A DNA stretch of 63,994 bases, filler included, from Reticulomyxa filosa (GCA_000512085.1; 20 parts of 20 records of this genome joined end to end with filler, not necessarily neighbours in it), one strand, 5' to 3'. Positions 27,215-39,987 are shown, counted from the first letter of the whole stretch. A program made the numbers and translations. The notes: generated by a model not told the origin, from the sequence alone.

Positions 27215-28906
27215 TTTATAGATCTATCTTGATGATTTAACCCAATTCACAACAACAAAAGTTCACGTGTTTTTGTCACAACTTCAAAGAGCAAACTTAA
27301 AAGAAAAATTGTTTTCTCTTTTCCGCATATTAATTCATATGGACTTGTCATTATTATGATATTATAGGAAGTAACAATTGTAATATGAAAATATACTACA
27401 AGTCACCATTTACAAAATTAAACTTCTTTCTACTAATGTTACAAGTCTTTTTTTTAAATACATATTTAATCTTTCTAANNNNNNNNNNNNNNNNNNNNNN
27501 NNNNNNNNNNNNNNNNNNNNNNTTAATTAATTAANNNNNNNNNNNNNNNNNNNNNNNNNNNNNNNNNNNNNNNNNNNNATTACAGTTTGCACACCTCTTT
27601 CAGCAGCAGGAAAACCCACATGCACATTATTGAATTAAAATTTTTATTTCTAGACAACAAATAAATTATTCTACAACGGTGTATTCATATTACATACACG
27701 AACTGCCCCACCATATGATACGAATAAAAGGGTAGAACTTTAGTCGACGGTAATAACAACAATATATTCAATTTGACGCAAAATTGGTGTTGATCAGCAA
27801 ACTTAATTCTATATAATATACAATCTACACGCAGTAAGAGCGGCGTCTAATGTCAAATTAAAGTTTTTGAATACGGACACATCCGAAAATAATTGCTAAT
27901 GTATCTTTAACATTTAGCAATAAAATTTTGTAGATTAAATCTACGTTTACAAATTGCATTATTATTACTGCATTTGTAAGTAAATTGCACACATATCCCA
28001 AGAACATGTAGATATTAGAATATAAACATCTATCGTCCTTTAAATTCAAAAATTCATATGAAAAAGATATCGAAAGAATTTTCACCACGACCTAACACAG
28101 CAATAATGCCTCATTAAAATTAATCCAAACTATGTGATTTTGCTTGAATATTTTAAGAAATACGCTATATGTTAGAAGAATTCAGCAAATTGTATATACA
28201 TATGTCATTTGTTAGGAAGGACAGCCAAATCTGAACTTGATCCCACTTCTCAATTTTTCCATATTTGGATACCACATAACCAAGGATCAAAAATTGGAGA
28301 CTTAAAAGATAATTTAAAAGGAGTATGAACTAATTGATAGGATAAGTAGATTTATTGTTAATCATTTATTCTTCAGAAGGCGTTAAAGTGATTAATTTGA
28401 GAAAAATGCCAACAAAGAAAGATAAATTTGAATAAGGAGAAGTGACAACTACAGTGGAATGCAAAGTAAAGTTGATACCTAAAATGGCCCTTATAAAGAT
28501 GATTTTCTACATGAAAAAACGACAGACCTAATTGTTTAAAAAATTTGAATATTTTATTGATTTTTGAAAAAAAATGAGGATATGCACTTTTTGACAAAAT
28601 GGAAAAAAAGCAAACTTTTAAAATATCTTTACATTTAAAATTTATCTTTTTTTCTTTCAAACAGTCCATTGAAAGCTCTACATGCAAAGTTATTTGTATT
28701 GTTTGTTATTATGTCCACCGTTCATTTCTTCAATTATTTACATGATTAATGTTAGTAGGTTTCCATGAAATGATATCAATATTATTTATTATTCATGATT
28801 GTATTTTCATTTCTATCCTCGGTCCCCCTAGAAAGCATAGGAAAATTCAAGTTTTTTTCTAATCATCACACGCCATCATCCGACAAAAAAAAAAGAATTT
28901 GAAAAA

Positions 28907-29640
28907 TGGGAAATACCTTCAGTAAAAAAGTGATTTCAACACAATTACCAGTGGTAAGTGTCCATTTCAAAAAGCTGATTGAACTGTGTAATTTGAGATA
29001 AATCTGTCAAAGAAGAAAAAACCAATATAATTATTCGACATTGGGTCGAATATTACTACAATGTTTATTGGGCATATTGTCTATGCGTGGAGTATTGATT
29101 ATTCATCACTTGATGATTGTCAATTGATTTGTTCTGGATCAGATGATAAAACAATTCGTATATGGGATATAGATACCAATGAACAAATTCAATTTTTTAA
29201 TAGATATTCAAGTCCTGTGTATTGTGAGAGATTTTCACCATATCATTATCATTGTAGTGTCATTTTCTCTTCATCTTTGACCATACCATCCGTTTTTGGG
29301 GTGTTAAAAGTAATCAACAATTACAAAGATTTAATACGCATAAAGGTAATATTGGCATTGGATTCTCACCATTTAATGATAGCAATATTTGTGTTCTGGA
29401 TCATTTGACGTTGAAACATACAAATCACTGCATATTTTCAATGAAAATGAAAATACAGTTTTATGTGTTGATTTTTCACCATTGCAAAGTAATAATAACA
29501 GTACCAACGGTAATAGTGTTGGAGTGATTGGTGGTAATGGATACACAATTTGTTCTGGATCATATAAAACCATTCGAAAATGGGATATCAAAATAACTTA
29601 TTGTTTTCAAAGGGTATCAGTTTGTTGTATTTGTGGATGA
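28907..29640 (+). pseudogene. Degenerate WD40 paralogue
   Basis: Same scaffold as the 10657 and 53389 copies (WSIDYS..DDCQLICSGSDDKTIRIWD; GVIGGNGYTICSGS) but with several frameshifts, internal deletions and truncation. Confidence 0.88.
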
Positions 29641-29946
29641 AATTGTAGCAAATTTAAATTAAGTGATTGTTCCTTATTGACTTAGTCACCATTATTAAAT
29701 TTTGTCGGCTAATAAAGGAGAGAAATAGAACTGGATGAAGAACAAAAAAAAATTGTCGAGTTTTTTTTTACACAAGCGTTTTTGCATTATTTCAAAGCAT
29801 GATGTCACTTTTTTTGTAGTTATTTTGTAAGAACAAAGCCTTTAAGAAAAAATTTTTTGTTGAAACTCTTTGGTCAATCAAAAGACTCCAAAAAAAAAAA
29901 AAAAATCATTTGGCCGAATAAAATAAAAAGACTACCGCAGAGAAAG

Positions 29947-31389
29947 CTATTTCTTATTCAATTGATACACTTTGTTGGCAATTGCACCATCTGCAACCAG
30001 TTTCCACAGATAATAAAGCCTCGTGTGATTGAGTGTGGGCCACGTTTGTCGAGAGAAATTATCTTCATCTTCGTTGTAGCAGCTCAAATACGGACTGTTG
30101 ACTATAACAGTAGTGCCCTCGTGTAGTAAAATGATATGAAAGTTTTGCAAAAAGAGGAATACTCCTTGCCTTGGCTACAATGCCTGGAATGAATTGGCAG
30201 AGTACCCATTGTTTCGTTGAAGCAGCAATTCACGCACAAGAACGCACCACAAAAAAGACAAATGGCACTTTGATTTGGAATTTGCCCACCAAAACATTTC
30301 TCTTTACAAGTCCTCTGTTTTTCAATTTAATCGTTTTGTATAATAGCAGATAATATATGTATATATGTATATATGTATATATGTATATTGCTTATAAAAC
30401 AAACGAAACTAAAACTAAAGTAGCCAATTCAGACGGTAAAGTGACCAAAGAAATGGGAGAGATGGAATCCATTCGATTTGTGGATTCGATATATCGACAA
30501 TGTGTCTCTGTGAGTTTCATCAAAAAAATTGTGTGTCCAATGTCTTAGCACAGCCAAGGAATTCTTTTTTGGCTTGTGTCTGTGCTTTTTATTATCTTTG
30601 TCTTTGCTTTTGCTTTTGCTTTTATTTTTATGTTTGTCTTTGTCTTTATTTTTATTTGTATCTTTATCTTTGTTTTTATTTTATTTTATTTTATTTTTAT
30701 TTGTATCTTTATCTTTGTCTTTGTCTTTGCGTTTGTGTGTATCTACAGGTGTGCAAAAGGTGGCGTTGACAAAATCGTAGAAAGTGGGCAGGAATAAGGC
30801 GTGACAAATGGCATCGCATTCGGCCATGACGCGATCAGGTTGAAAGACAGAAGCATCGTGTTGCAGTATTGCAGACAGCGTGGTGGAGTCGACCAAGAGA
30901 CAGCTCCAGGGCAAGTCAAAGTCGAATGGGACGAGTCCAGCAGAATAGAAGAGCAGATAGCATTTGCGCAAGAAGGGCAGCATAAAGAAGCACAAGCGCT
31001 TCACAATGTCTTTGTTTTGGTCTTTGTCGTTTGTGGCCAAGTGTTTCTGCAGCAGCTTCATCCATTGAGACGTCGACGAAGGTGTTTCCTCCTTCTTTTC
31101 TTCATCGTCATCTTCTTCTTTTTCTTCTTTTTCTTCTTTTTGTTCCGTTTTTCGTGTTTTGTCCAGGGAAAAAGCATGTCCAAGCAATACCTGCAGCATC
31201 TTCCACAAATAGCCCGCTAGCAGCACATGATACATGTCATTGGCGGTAGCATTGACACGAGCATGTTGTTGCTGATACAGAGCTGGGTTTGTGAGCGAAA
31301 ACAGATAGGGGTGTGTGAGAAAAGCTCTGACGACAATGTGGAAGGGGTCTTGTATGTTCACGACCTCATCGCAAATATTGTGTGTTGTC
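29947..31389 (-). CDS. UBR1/UBR2-type N-recognin E3 ubiquitin ligase, C-terminal part
   Basis: DPFH, LPFLRKCYLL, then SAICLFCGAFLCVNCCF..GTLPIHSRHCSQG.GVFLFL..NSPYLSCYNE.D, matching the UBR1 C-terminal LCL.CG..LC..CC..H..C..G.FL..PYLD..GE.D block. Frameshift near 30165. Confidence 0.82.
30590..30735. repeat. Intronic degenerate hexamer simple repeat (tctttg/tttatt)n
   Basis: Read directly, inside the UBR gene. Confidence 0.85.
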
Positions 31390-31489
31390 NNNNNNNNNNN
31401 NNNNNNNNNNNNNNNNNNNNNNNNNNNNNNNNNTTAATTAATTAANNNNNNNNNNNNNNNNNNNNNNNNNNNNNNNNNNNNNNNNNNNN

Positions 31490-31806
31490 TCTAGAGGCAC
31501 ACGTTCTTTTAGCCATTCTGTTGCTTCTTCAACATTTTGACTTCGTTGCACTCCATCTGCCCAATAAAAGAGAACGTTTTGTTGCATTTCATCACATACT
31601 TGTACTAAAGATTCACTATATCTTAATAATTCTGTGGCACAATTCCATTTTCCATGGCGCAATGCACAAAGCAATAATTTATGTGAATATGCCATTGGCT
31701 CGCTCTGCGCCTTAACCCAGTTCAAAAGTTCTTTTGGATCATCTGCCTGTATCCATTGTTCTCCCGTCGGAGGCGTATTTCTTGGTAAGCTTGATTTAGT
31801 CGCCAT
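31490..31806 (-). CDS. N-terminal fragment, probable ankyrin-repeat protein
   Basis: LLLCALRHGKWNCATELLRY..VCDEMQQNVLFYWA resembles the ankyrin consensus; cut by the contig end. Confidence 0.5.
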
Positions 31807-32136
31807 TTATGAAAGACTGAACAGCGGTCAGAAATAGAAAACAATAATTATCGATCATGAAAAACTTGACGCTTTGACTCCAGAATTTTTTCCCCTTAAT
31901 TTCTTTTTTTTGTGTTTTCTTTTTATTGCTATGATCACAAATTCTCTCAGGATCTAAGTTATTCAATTTAAATTTACAAGACAACAATTCAACAAAATTT
32001 TTTCCCAAAGAAACCAGTTTTAATTTTCTTAAAGTATGTCGAAAAAAATGATTTTGATTTTAGTTTTGAATAAAAGTTGTTTTTAAGTCCAAGGAACGCT
32101 GATTGATGTTGTATATTCATCTCGAATTATCAAAAT

Positions 32137-33650
32137 TATAGATCCAAGACTCTGCTGACAACTGGTTCTTTCAAATCTTTTTTGTGTCCGCTGACAGTAA
32201 ATAGTTAACGTAGACAATCTTCCACTTTCTATTTTTTTTTAAAGAAAAAGATACTACCTTTTATTTTTTAGTAAGAAAAAAAATGGTTTGTTTTTCTAAA
32301 CTGCCGGAATATTAAAGGAAATGATAATTCTTTGTTGGATTTTCCATTTAATTCTTTGATAGATTTTTTGCTGGATTCTCTGCTGGAATGGATAAGTAAA
32401 ATAACTAATTTTTGTTTTTCACTGTTATTTGAATCATTATAAAACTGATAATGTTCAAATTGAAGAATATGAATGATTTGCTCCAATTGATCTTTACTGT
32501 CAGACATGTAACGACATTGTAAGATCAAAATATCTTCCGAGGGCTCATCTTTGAAGAATTCTTTGACTGTTTTTTCAAATTGATCAACTTTTTTGAATGA
32601 AGAAATTTTTTTTGTACGGTGGATCCATTCCATTGGGATATTATATTCCATATCATTTGTTATTACAATTGCCATTTGATCTTTGGATTTCTTTCGCTGA
32701 GTTAGGACAATTGTCCCCTTTTTTTTATATTTGTGTCAAAATATTTATCAATTTAAAAAAGTTATTGTTGGAAAGGAATAATTTCTACTTAACCAATGAA
32801 AGAAATCGAATATCTTCCTCAATCTGCATTTTTACGATTTCCTCTGGTCGACACAATGGACGAAATAAATCAAGTAATTCCAATTTCAATTCCTTGTCGT
32901 CAAATGTAATGTCATTTAAATTCTTATTTGATATTTGCACTTGTTCCTTTTTTTCATCATCTTTGATATCATCTGTTTGTATTGCTTTTTGTGCAGCCAA
33001 ATAAAGTAATGCCGAGAAAATAGTATCTTCACAATATCCACAAAATAAATCCGATAAGTTTCTTACTTTAAATGCTTCTATCAACACTCTCTTTGCATAT
33101 TCAACATGTTCATTGATATTGGTTGGCAATGAATTGCGATATGAAATGAATTGTTTCTCAAAACGACTGAGGAATGCAACCTTGTTTATTGTATATTATA
33201 TTAAATATATTTATGTTATATGTGCATATTTGACATTCTTAAAAAAAAAACAAAAGCAAACTGGCATATTTGGACTATGAGCATCCTTTTTCTGGATCAC
33301 AACAATACACTTGAAATTTTCATGAACATAGCAGTCCCTACTTTCAGTTCCCAATGCCACTCGACAATACATATTTCCTTTATATTTTCAAAATAAATGT
33401 TATGTTGAAATGATTTTATGATTTGTGTTTGCACACTAAAAAAATAGATAATAATACCATAACACCTGAAGATCTTTTTTGATATCTCTGATTCAACATG
33501 TCATACAAACTTTCATAAATACTGTCCAAATTATGTAAAATAACAGTTTTGCCAGTGTCCATACAATCAATAATTTTATTCAATTGATTGTAATTGGTAA
33601 TATTCGAATACTTATCTTGAGAAAAATAACTTCTAAATAAAAAAACTTGA
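32137..33650 (-). pseudogene. RNF213 (mysterin)-like AAA+ region fragment, disrupted and prematurely ending
   Basis: SYFSQDK..LNKIIDCMDTGKTVILHNLDSIYESLYDMLNQRY, YCRVALGT..CYVHENFKCIVV and AFLSRFEKQ match the RNF213 motifs CMETGK.V.L.NL..LYESLYD.LNQ.Y, C.VH.NF..IV and NR.EKH. Stops or frameshift near 32785-32700; ends shortly after WKIVYV. Confidence 0.8.
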
Positions 33651-33750
33651 NNNNNNNNNNNNNNNNNNNNNNNNNNNNNNNNNNNNNNNNNNNNTTAATT
33701 AATTAANNNNNNNNNNNNNNNNNNNNNNNNNNNNNNNNNNNNNNNNNNNN

Positions 33751-33791
<41 letters not shown>

Positions 33792-33903
33792 TACGTAACA
33801 AACATTAAGCGCTTAAACAAGCAAATAAAGAAGAAAATGATCTTGTTTTTGTTTTTGATTTGTGTGGTTTGGGATGGGATCGTGTCATGTGTCTGCGAAC
33901 TGA

Positions 33904-34972
33904 ATGAACTTAAATGAAAGTGACCAAAACAATGAACACAATGATATCCCTCAGAACGAAGAAGAAAATCATGTTAATGTGAAAGTCGACGAAGTAAGCA
34001 CTGCCAAGGACAAAAATAATGCAATACAACTGGACAATGAAACTAAGTCTTTGTCTCCGTCGGAATCTTGCTCGCGTGAAGATAAGAAGCGCAAGAATGA
34101 GAAAGATAAAGAAAAAGGACACAGACATCGAGAAAAAGAAAAGAAAAGCCGCAATCGAAGCAAAAGCAAGAGTAAGAGCAGAAGTAGAAGCAGAAATCGT
34201 CATGTGAAAAAGACTTCGCATTCACGTAAGGATCGCAGAAGTAGATCCCGTTCAGATTCACACAGTCGCCATCGCCGGAGAAGAAGACATAAAGATGAAC
34301 ATTCTTATCACAGCCGCTACCGTCATCACCATCATCATCGCTCAATATCACGTTCACGAACCCGTAGTGATTCCAAACATAATTCAAAATCTCCTCCGGA
34401 AACAAATGATGTGAACAACAAGTTGTTATGTGTATTTTTTTATTTTGTTCTTTTTATATATATTTGTACATAAATTACTTATTGTGTTAAACAGACAAGA
34501 GAAAGAAAAAAAGAAACCCGATCGAATTTGGAATGGATTCGCATGGATTTCAGTGGAACCCAACAAAACGGAAGGACAAAAATCAGATCCTAAAGTATTG
34601 AATGAAAATGAAATTGCTAGAAAACGATGTGAAACAGTTTTGGCCGCCAATCACCGAGCTCTAGGACAGGCTTTGGCAGTTGCCCAACTTGTAAGCAATT
34701 TAAGTCCTTTGTCGTTGATCCACGGCAACGCATTGGTCACGAATGCTTTGCTGGGACGCGGTAATGCGACAAATGCTCATCCTAATGGATTGAATGGCCC
34801 AGGTCTGACTGCAATTAGCGCGGGCACAGGATTAAGTCTAAATCGTCCAACACCAGCACAAGGATTGAATGCCTCTGACAACAACACCGCATTTGCAATG
34901 GCTTACAATGCAGCCAACAGCGCAATTCAGCAGCAACTGAATAAATGGCTTCCTGGAGAAAGTGGCTTCTGA
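33904..34972 (+). CDS. RS-rich (SR-like) nuclear protein, 2 exons
   Basis: RS/KS dipeptide and His-rich tract; intron ~34422-34494; PDRIWNGFAW followed by an Ala/Asn/Gly-rich tail. No RRM seen. Confidence 0.7.
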
Positions 34973-35534
34973 ATTAGTTACCAAATGAAACGTGGTGTAT
35001 TGTTGCGCAGAGATGAATGTGATTTTTTTAATTTGTTGTTTTGTTTGCATTTTTTCTTCCCATCAGATTTTTGTTTCACTATTTTAATTTTGACATCCTT
35101 TCAAGCGTCTCCAAAAAAGAAAAGAAATGAGGTTTATGCCCTTTGTTTTACTGGGCATATTCAGCGTTTAGAAATGTAAACAAATAATCTCAGATTAGTT
35201 CTCACATTAATCTTCGGAAGCAAACAGAGCTTTCTCTGCTATGTAGCCATTGAATTTACTGTCAAATAATTATTCCTAATCTCAAGAATTCAATCAAAGT
35301 GGGAAATGTGGCTCAAATGTTTTTTTCATTATTCTCATTTAAACAAGATTTTTTCTTTTTGTTTTTAAAAAGGACAAGAATCATGCCAACTTTCACGAAA
35401 ATAGTTGAACTGCACGCACACATGTCAGCAGGAATACAAATTTTCCAATTTTCTCCCCCCTCACTTTTTCTCCCCTCTCCCTTCCTCGTCTCCTCTTTTC
35501 CTTTTGGAAGTTTTGATGTTTATTGTTATTCCTC

Positions 35535-36643
35535 TTATTTCGAAATGGAGTCACGAATTGCATTTTTATGTTCCTTAAATACCTGACCTTTACTGGTGCA
35601 ATGAGATTTTAAGTGTACAACTAGAGTAGTGATGTTATCCATGGATCCATTGCGATAAGCAATGGAAGTTAGTTTAGAAGCAACAAATTGCAAGCGCTCT
35701 TTAATACTAGAATTGCGATAGGCGGCATTATTCCAAGTGTCAACGGCTAACTTTGCAGCATCGTCATTGGAAATGACATCCCAAACTCCATCACTTGCAA
35801 GCAATAATAACAAATCGGTATCTTGTATTTTCCGACAACGAATTTCAGGATCAGGAATAACCCATTTCTTCAAATGTCTGTCTCCCAAAGATCGGGCAAC
35901 AGCTAACACTCCTTGGACTCTCCATGTCCCAAAAAAAACGCCGAACCTCCGGAATTTTCAATTCTTTTGCGTTCTTCTGGTTTGTTTGGTTTATGATCGA
36001 ACGACATAGGAACAGCAGTGCCATCTTCTTTGACAAGGACGGCTCGAGAATCGCCAGTATTAGCCACAAACAACCATGTATCCCCATCTTCACACATATC
36101 AGGGGAGATTACCATTGGTTCGTCACTGGCACTCGTTACATCCATTCCTTGTTCATTATTGCCGTGACTGTGTCCAAGTACGTCCTGGTCAGTGACCTCA
36201 TACATTCCGAGACCAAACGAGTTGGAATCACTTTTCGATTGATCATTCCCTGTGCTGTTGTTAGTATTGCTATTGCTATTGCTATTGCTATTACCGTGTT
36301 TATATGTATTGGCAGGATTGTTGTTGTTATTTTTTTTATTTGAATCATTGGCGTCGCTATTGGTTTTATTATTTTTGTTGTCATCAAGGTTGCTATTGTT
36401 ACTGTTATTTTCATTGCCACCACTGATGGTAGCACCATGACCATTCATAGCACCTTCAATTGTTTCCCGAATCCTGTCGCTAGGATTCGCCTTTCCTTTT
36501 TTCACTAATTCGTGTTTTGGATTCGATAACAAGTGCAGCAAGTCTCGACCTGGCAAGAGCACGCATGACACACTAGTGGTGCCATCACTCCATTGCTGCC
36601 GATCTGCTATTCCAAGAAACTCATTGTCAGCATCTCGATGGGC
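35535..36643 (-). CDS. PP2C (PPM) protein phosphatase, 3' part, with long Asn-rich insert
   Basis: SDGTTSV, LFVANTGDSRAVL, MSFDHKPNKPEERKRIENSGG, WRVQGVLAVARSLGD, LLLASDGVWDV, GSMDNIT. Frameshift in the T8 run (plus-strand A8 at 35931-35938). Confidence 0.95.
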
Positions 36644-36769
36644 CTATTGTTTGTTGTTTTTTTTTTTTTNNNNNNNNNNNNNNNNNNNNNNNNNNNNNNN
36701 NNNNNNNNNNNNNTTAATTAATTAANNNNNNNNNNNNNNNNNNNNNNNNNNNNNNNNNNNNNNNNNNNN

Positions 36770-37207
36770 ATCGAGATGTCATCATTCTTGACGACATGGT
36801 AGGGCCCTTTTTTTTTCCTCTCTTTCTCCACTAAAAAAAAAAAAAAAAACTATTTAAAAATAAGGAGAGAAACTTATGTTTCGAACATGGGGGATCTGCA
36901 GATTGATACTGGTACTCGAATGTTTCATGCCGCAAAAATTTGCCATGAAAAGGGTGCGTCTCGCATTTTTGCGTTTGCGACGCATGGACTTTTTACCGAA
37001 GACGCTGTGGAAAAACTGGACAAATCACCACTTAAAGAAATTATCGTTACCAATACCATTTATCCACCTAAATGTTGGGAAGAGAACAAACCTTGGAGTG
37101 ACAAAATATTATATATCTCTATTGCCCCTATTATTGCCGAGACTATTCGGAGAATTCAACTCAAAAACTCTTTGTCTGGAATACGGCAATGTGGCGTCGC
37201 CTCGTAG
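36770..37207 (+). CDS. PRS: Ribose-phosphate pyrophosphokinase (PRPP synthetase), C-terminal part
   Basis: RDVIILDDM|IDTGT (intron 36799-36901), FATHGLF, IIVTNTI, ISIAPIIAETIRRI. Confidence 0.95.
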
Positions 37208-37707
37208 GCCACAAATCGAAATGTTGTACTAAAATCTCTTTTGAAAGTACAAACTCATTACATCTTTTGTTGATCATTTTATTTGCCAATTGCGATCAAT
37301 ATTTTACGAATCTGTTTTTCGCTTTTTTTTTTAAGGGAAAAGAGGGTGATGGGAACGTAAGAAATCTTGGGACGTGAAATTTGAGTAGTGTCAAAAAAAA
37401 AGTATTTTCATGATGTGTGGGCATTTTTCAACATGCCATTCCAAAAAATTTTTCTTTAATTGTGTCATCTGATGAATAAATAATATCGCGCGTTCTGATA
37501 TTCTTTGTGTTATTTTAAAGTTCTTATGCTCTCATTAATTTTCAATGTCAACCATAAAAATTGGATTAACAATAAAAATAACTGGATATATAATTTTGTC
37601 GCTACTCTCTATTTTTGGAACTAAGCATAAAACAAAGTATAAATCAACTGTGAGCCTGAATATAAACTTCAAGCTAAGGGGGAGACAAGAAGAAAAGGGG
37701 AAACATC

Positions 37708-39987
37708 ATGTCTCAATCATCGGATATCTTGTCTGCCACAGTAAATTTCTTGAAAGCACGTGGTAATAGACCATTAAGAGACAAGCTAGATTTTTTGATT
37801 CACAACAAGAATCTGAATAGAGAACAAATAACATCCGCGTTGCAGCAAGCCAATTTGTATGATAGTACATCAAATGCGGTACTTGAAGAATGTTTCAGAA
37901 ATGGGTCGAAACTCTTCAAAAGTCAATCATACCCGGAGACAACAAAAGACCAAAGCCCTTCATCTTTGTGGAGACTGTTGGGTTTTGCTGGCGGTGTAAG
38001 TGTAGTAGTGCTTGGAACAGTGGCATCGTATATTGCCGCCACACAATCCGCAAAGTCGCAAATAAAAAAGAGTGAAAGAAGGCTAGAAAAAAAGATGGAA
38101 GAAATAAAAAAGGAAATAGAAGAAAAATCTGAATTGGAGAGAGAAAGACAGCATCAAGATGTAATGCAAATGATGAATTTGTTGACAACACAAGCCAATA
38201 CTGTGCAAGATAATTTGCGTGTGTTAAAAGAGAGTATCGCGGTATTACAATCTCAATTGGCAATCAATTCGCAGCAGCAATATTTTAATGTAGAATCCAT
38301 TATTCCAATGGACATGGACACGGAGACAGGAGCAAGGCCAAAGATAGGAAAAGAAAAAGGAAGAAGAAAATACGGGAGTTCAAAATGGTCGGGCCATCTA
38401 CACACAAACAATGCGAGCGCAAGTACAAATGGTAGTCAAAGTGGAGATACCAATGACGGATCCACGCAGAGCGAAAGTCAATTAAATAAAATTCGCGATT
38501 TGATGCCCACAAACAAAAACATCACCGCTTATGATTGGTTGAATGAGAATATTAACTTAAGCCATAAGAAGGATACAAAGCGCAATACAAACAAAAGCAA
38601 AAACAAAAAGCAAACGGACTCCGAAGAAGAGCAAGGAGATGAACATAAATGTGATGAAAACAGTGATGGCGACGATGACAACAGTGATGATGATAATGAT
38701 GATGAAAATGACAAGGATAAAAAAAGGGCATTGAAAAAGAGCAAAACAAAAATGAAAAGGAAGAAAACCTATCACTTCAATCCAATCATGATATTCATCC
38801 AGCAAACGGCAAAGGAAATAATTCGGATCCCACTGTTTCTGAGGTATCAGTAGTAAGTATATATTATGAATAAATGCTTATGTTTATATTTGCGTGTTAC
38901 ATAGCAGTGTACATTGCATATCAAATTGTCACGGCTTTTATTAAAAAAAAAAAAAAACATTGACATACAAAAGTAGACACGTTATTGCTATAATAAGTAC
39001 TGGAAGAATATGGTAATGTTATTACCAACACCAGAAGAAAACAAACGTGCTGTAACCAATATATTAAAAGAATGGAATAGCCACGTTCAAAAGTCACTTG
39101 CCAAAACCCACCGAAACGGAACGTTTTTGACAATAGACAAACTGAAAGAAAGTGTAAAAGCCTTGTCTTTTTTTTTACAAAAAATTATATCCAGGCCTTT
39201 GGATAACTCGCTTCGTAAAATCAATTGTTACAACAAGCAGTACACTTCTTTAAAAAAGATCCCACGCTTCCAAGATATTCTTACCACCATTGGATACCAA
39301 CAATCATCCGATGAAGTATTTTGGTCGATTCCTGTTGTCATGTCAGAAGAAAAACTCGCTTCTGAAAATACATTTACTGTCAATCCAAACAAAATCGACT
39401 ACGCCCAAGCCTATCGTAGTCTCAGCGCACAATCGAAAAAAGAAAATACAATATCTAATGCCCAAAAATCAGAACATCAAATGCAATGTGAATATTTATT
39501 GTGTTTCTATATCCTTCTCAAGCATTTGTTTGATGAAACTCTTCCCAAAGATTTACAAACTATTCTAGATTCATCTTTGAATCAAAATGTTAAAGAGATA
39601 GTGTCTTCGAAATCAGTCTCTGCCCATTCCAAAGTCATCAATACTGATCGCAAAACTGTAACAGAATGCTTTTTTTCTGTTGTTTGCCTGTCTTTTATTT
39701 AAATTGAAGGAAACTCATGTGTGGAATAGGAACCGATTAGGCATGAAGCGTCATCCAGTGAAAATCCTGCGCTGTGTAAAAAACCTTCTGCTGAAGTCGA
39801 TCACAGTGCTACAAATACATCCGCTTTATCGGATAAGTTGCAACAGGTCTTTCACGCGATTTTTTCCGCTTATCTTTTGTTTTTATCAAATTTCTGTCAT
39901 TGACAACAACAGGCTGATCCATTGCATGTCGACAATCAAACCTTTGAAGCTAAACAAAATGAAGATGACAAAACTAAAGATACATGA
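37708..39987 (+). CDS. PEX14: Peroxin PEX14-like protein with C-terminal PUB-like domain
   Basis: N-terminal ILSATVNFLK..PLRDKLDFLIHNKNLNREQITSALQQA (Pex14_N pattern), a hydrophobic segment, coiled coil and acidic tract. After +1 correction at the A-run near 38720 and intron 38844-38976 it continues into ALSFFLQKIISRPLDNSLRKINCYNKQY..DILTTIGY (PUB pattern). Confidence 0.72.

Noticed and set aside
27579-28300. Minus-strand VHVGFPAAERG, faintly like a retroelement RNase H motif
   Set aside because: Too short and degenerate, with no RT or other supporting motif.
29947-33650. Apparent ubiquitin-ligase cluster (UBR, ankyrin, RNF213-like)
   Set aside because: A spacer at 31390 separates UBR from the others, so the adjacency is artificial. 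The same applies to any neighbourhood that crosses a spacer.
37185-37207. PRPP synthetase tail QCGVAS as a prenylation signal
   Set aside because: The Cys is fifth from the end, so it is not a CaaX.
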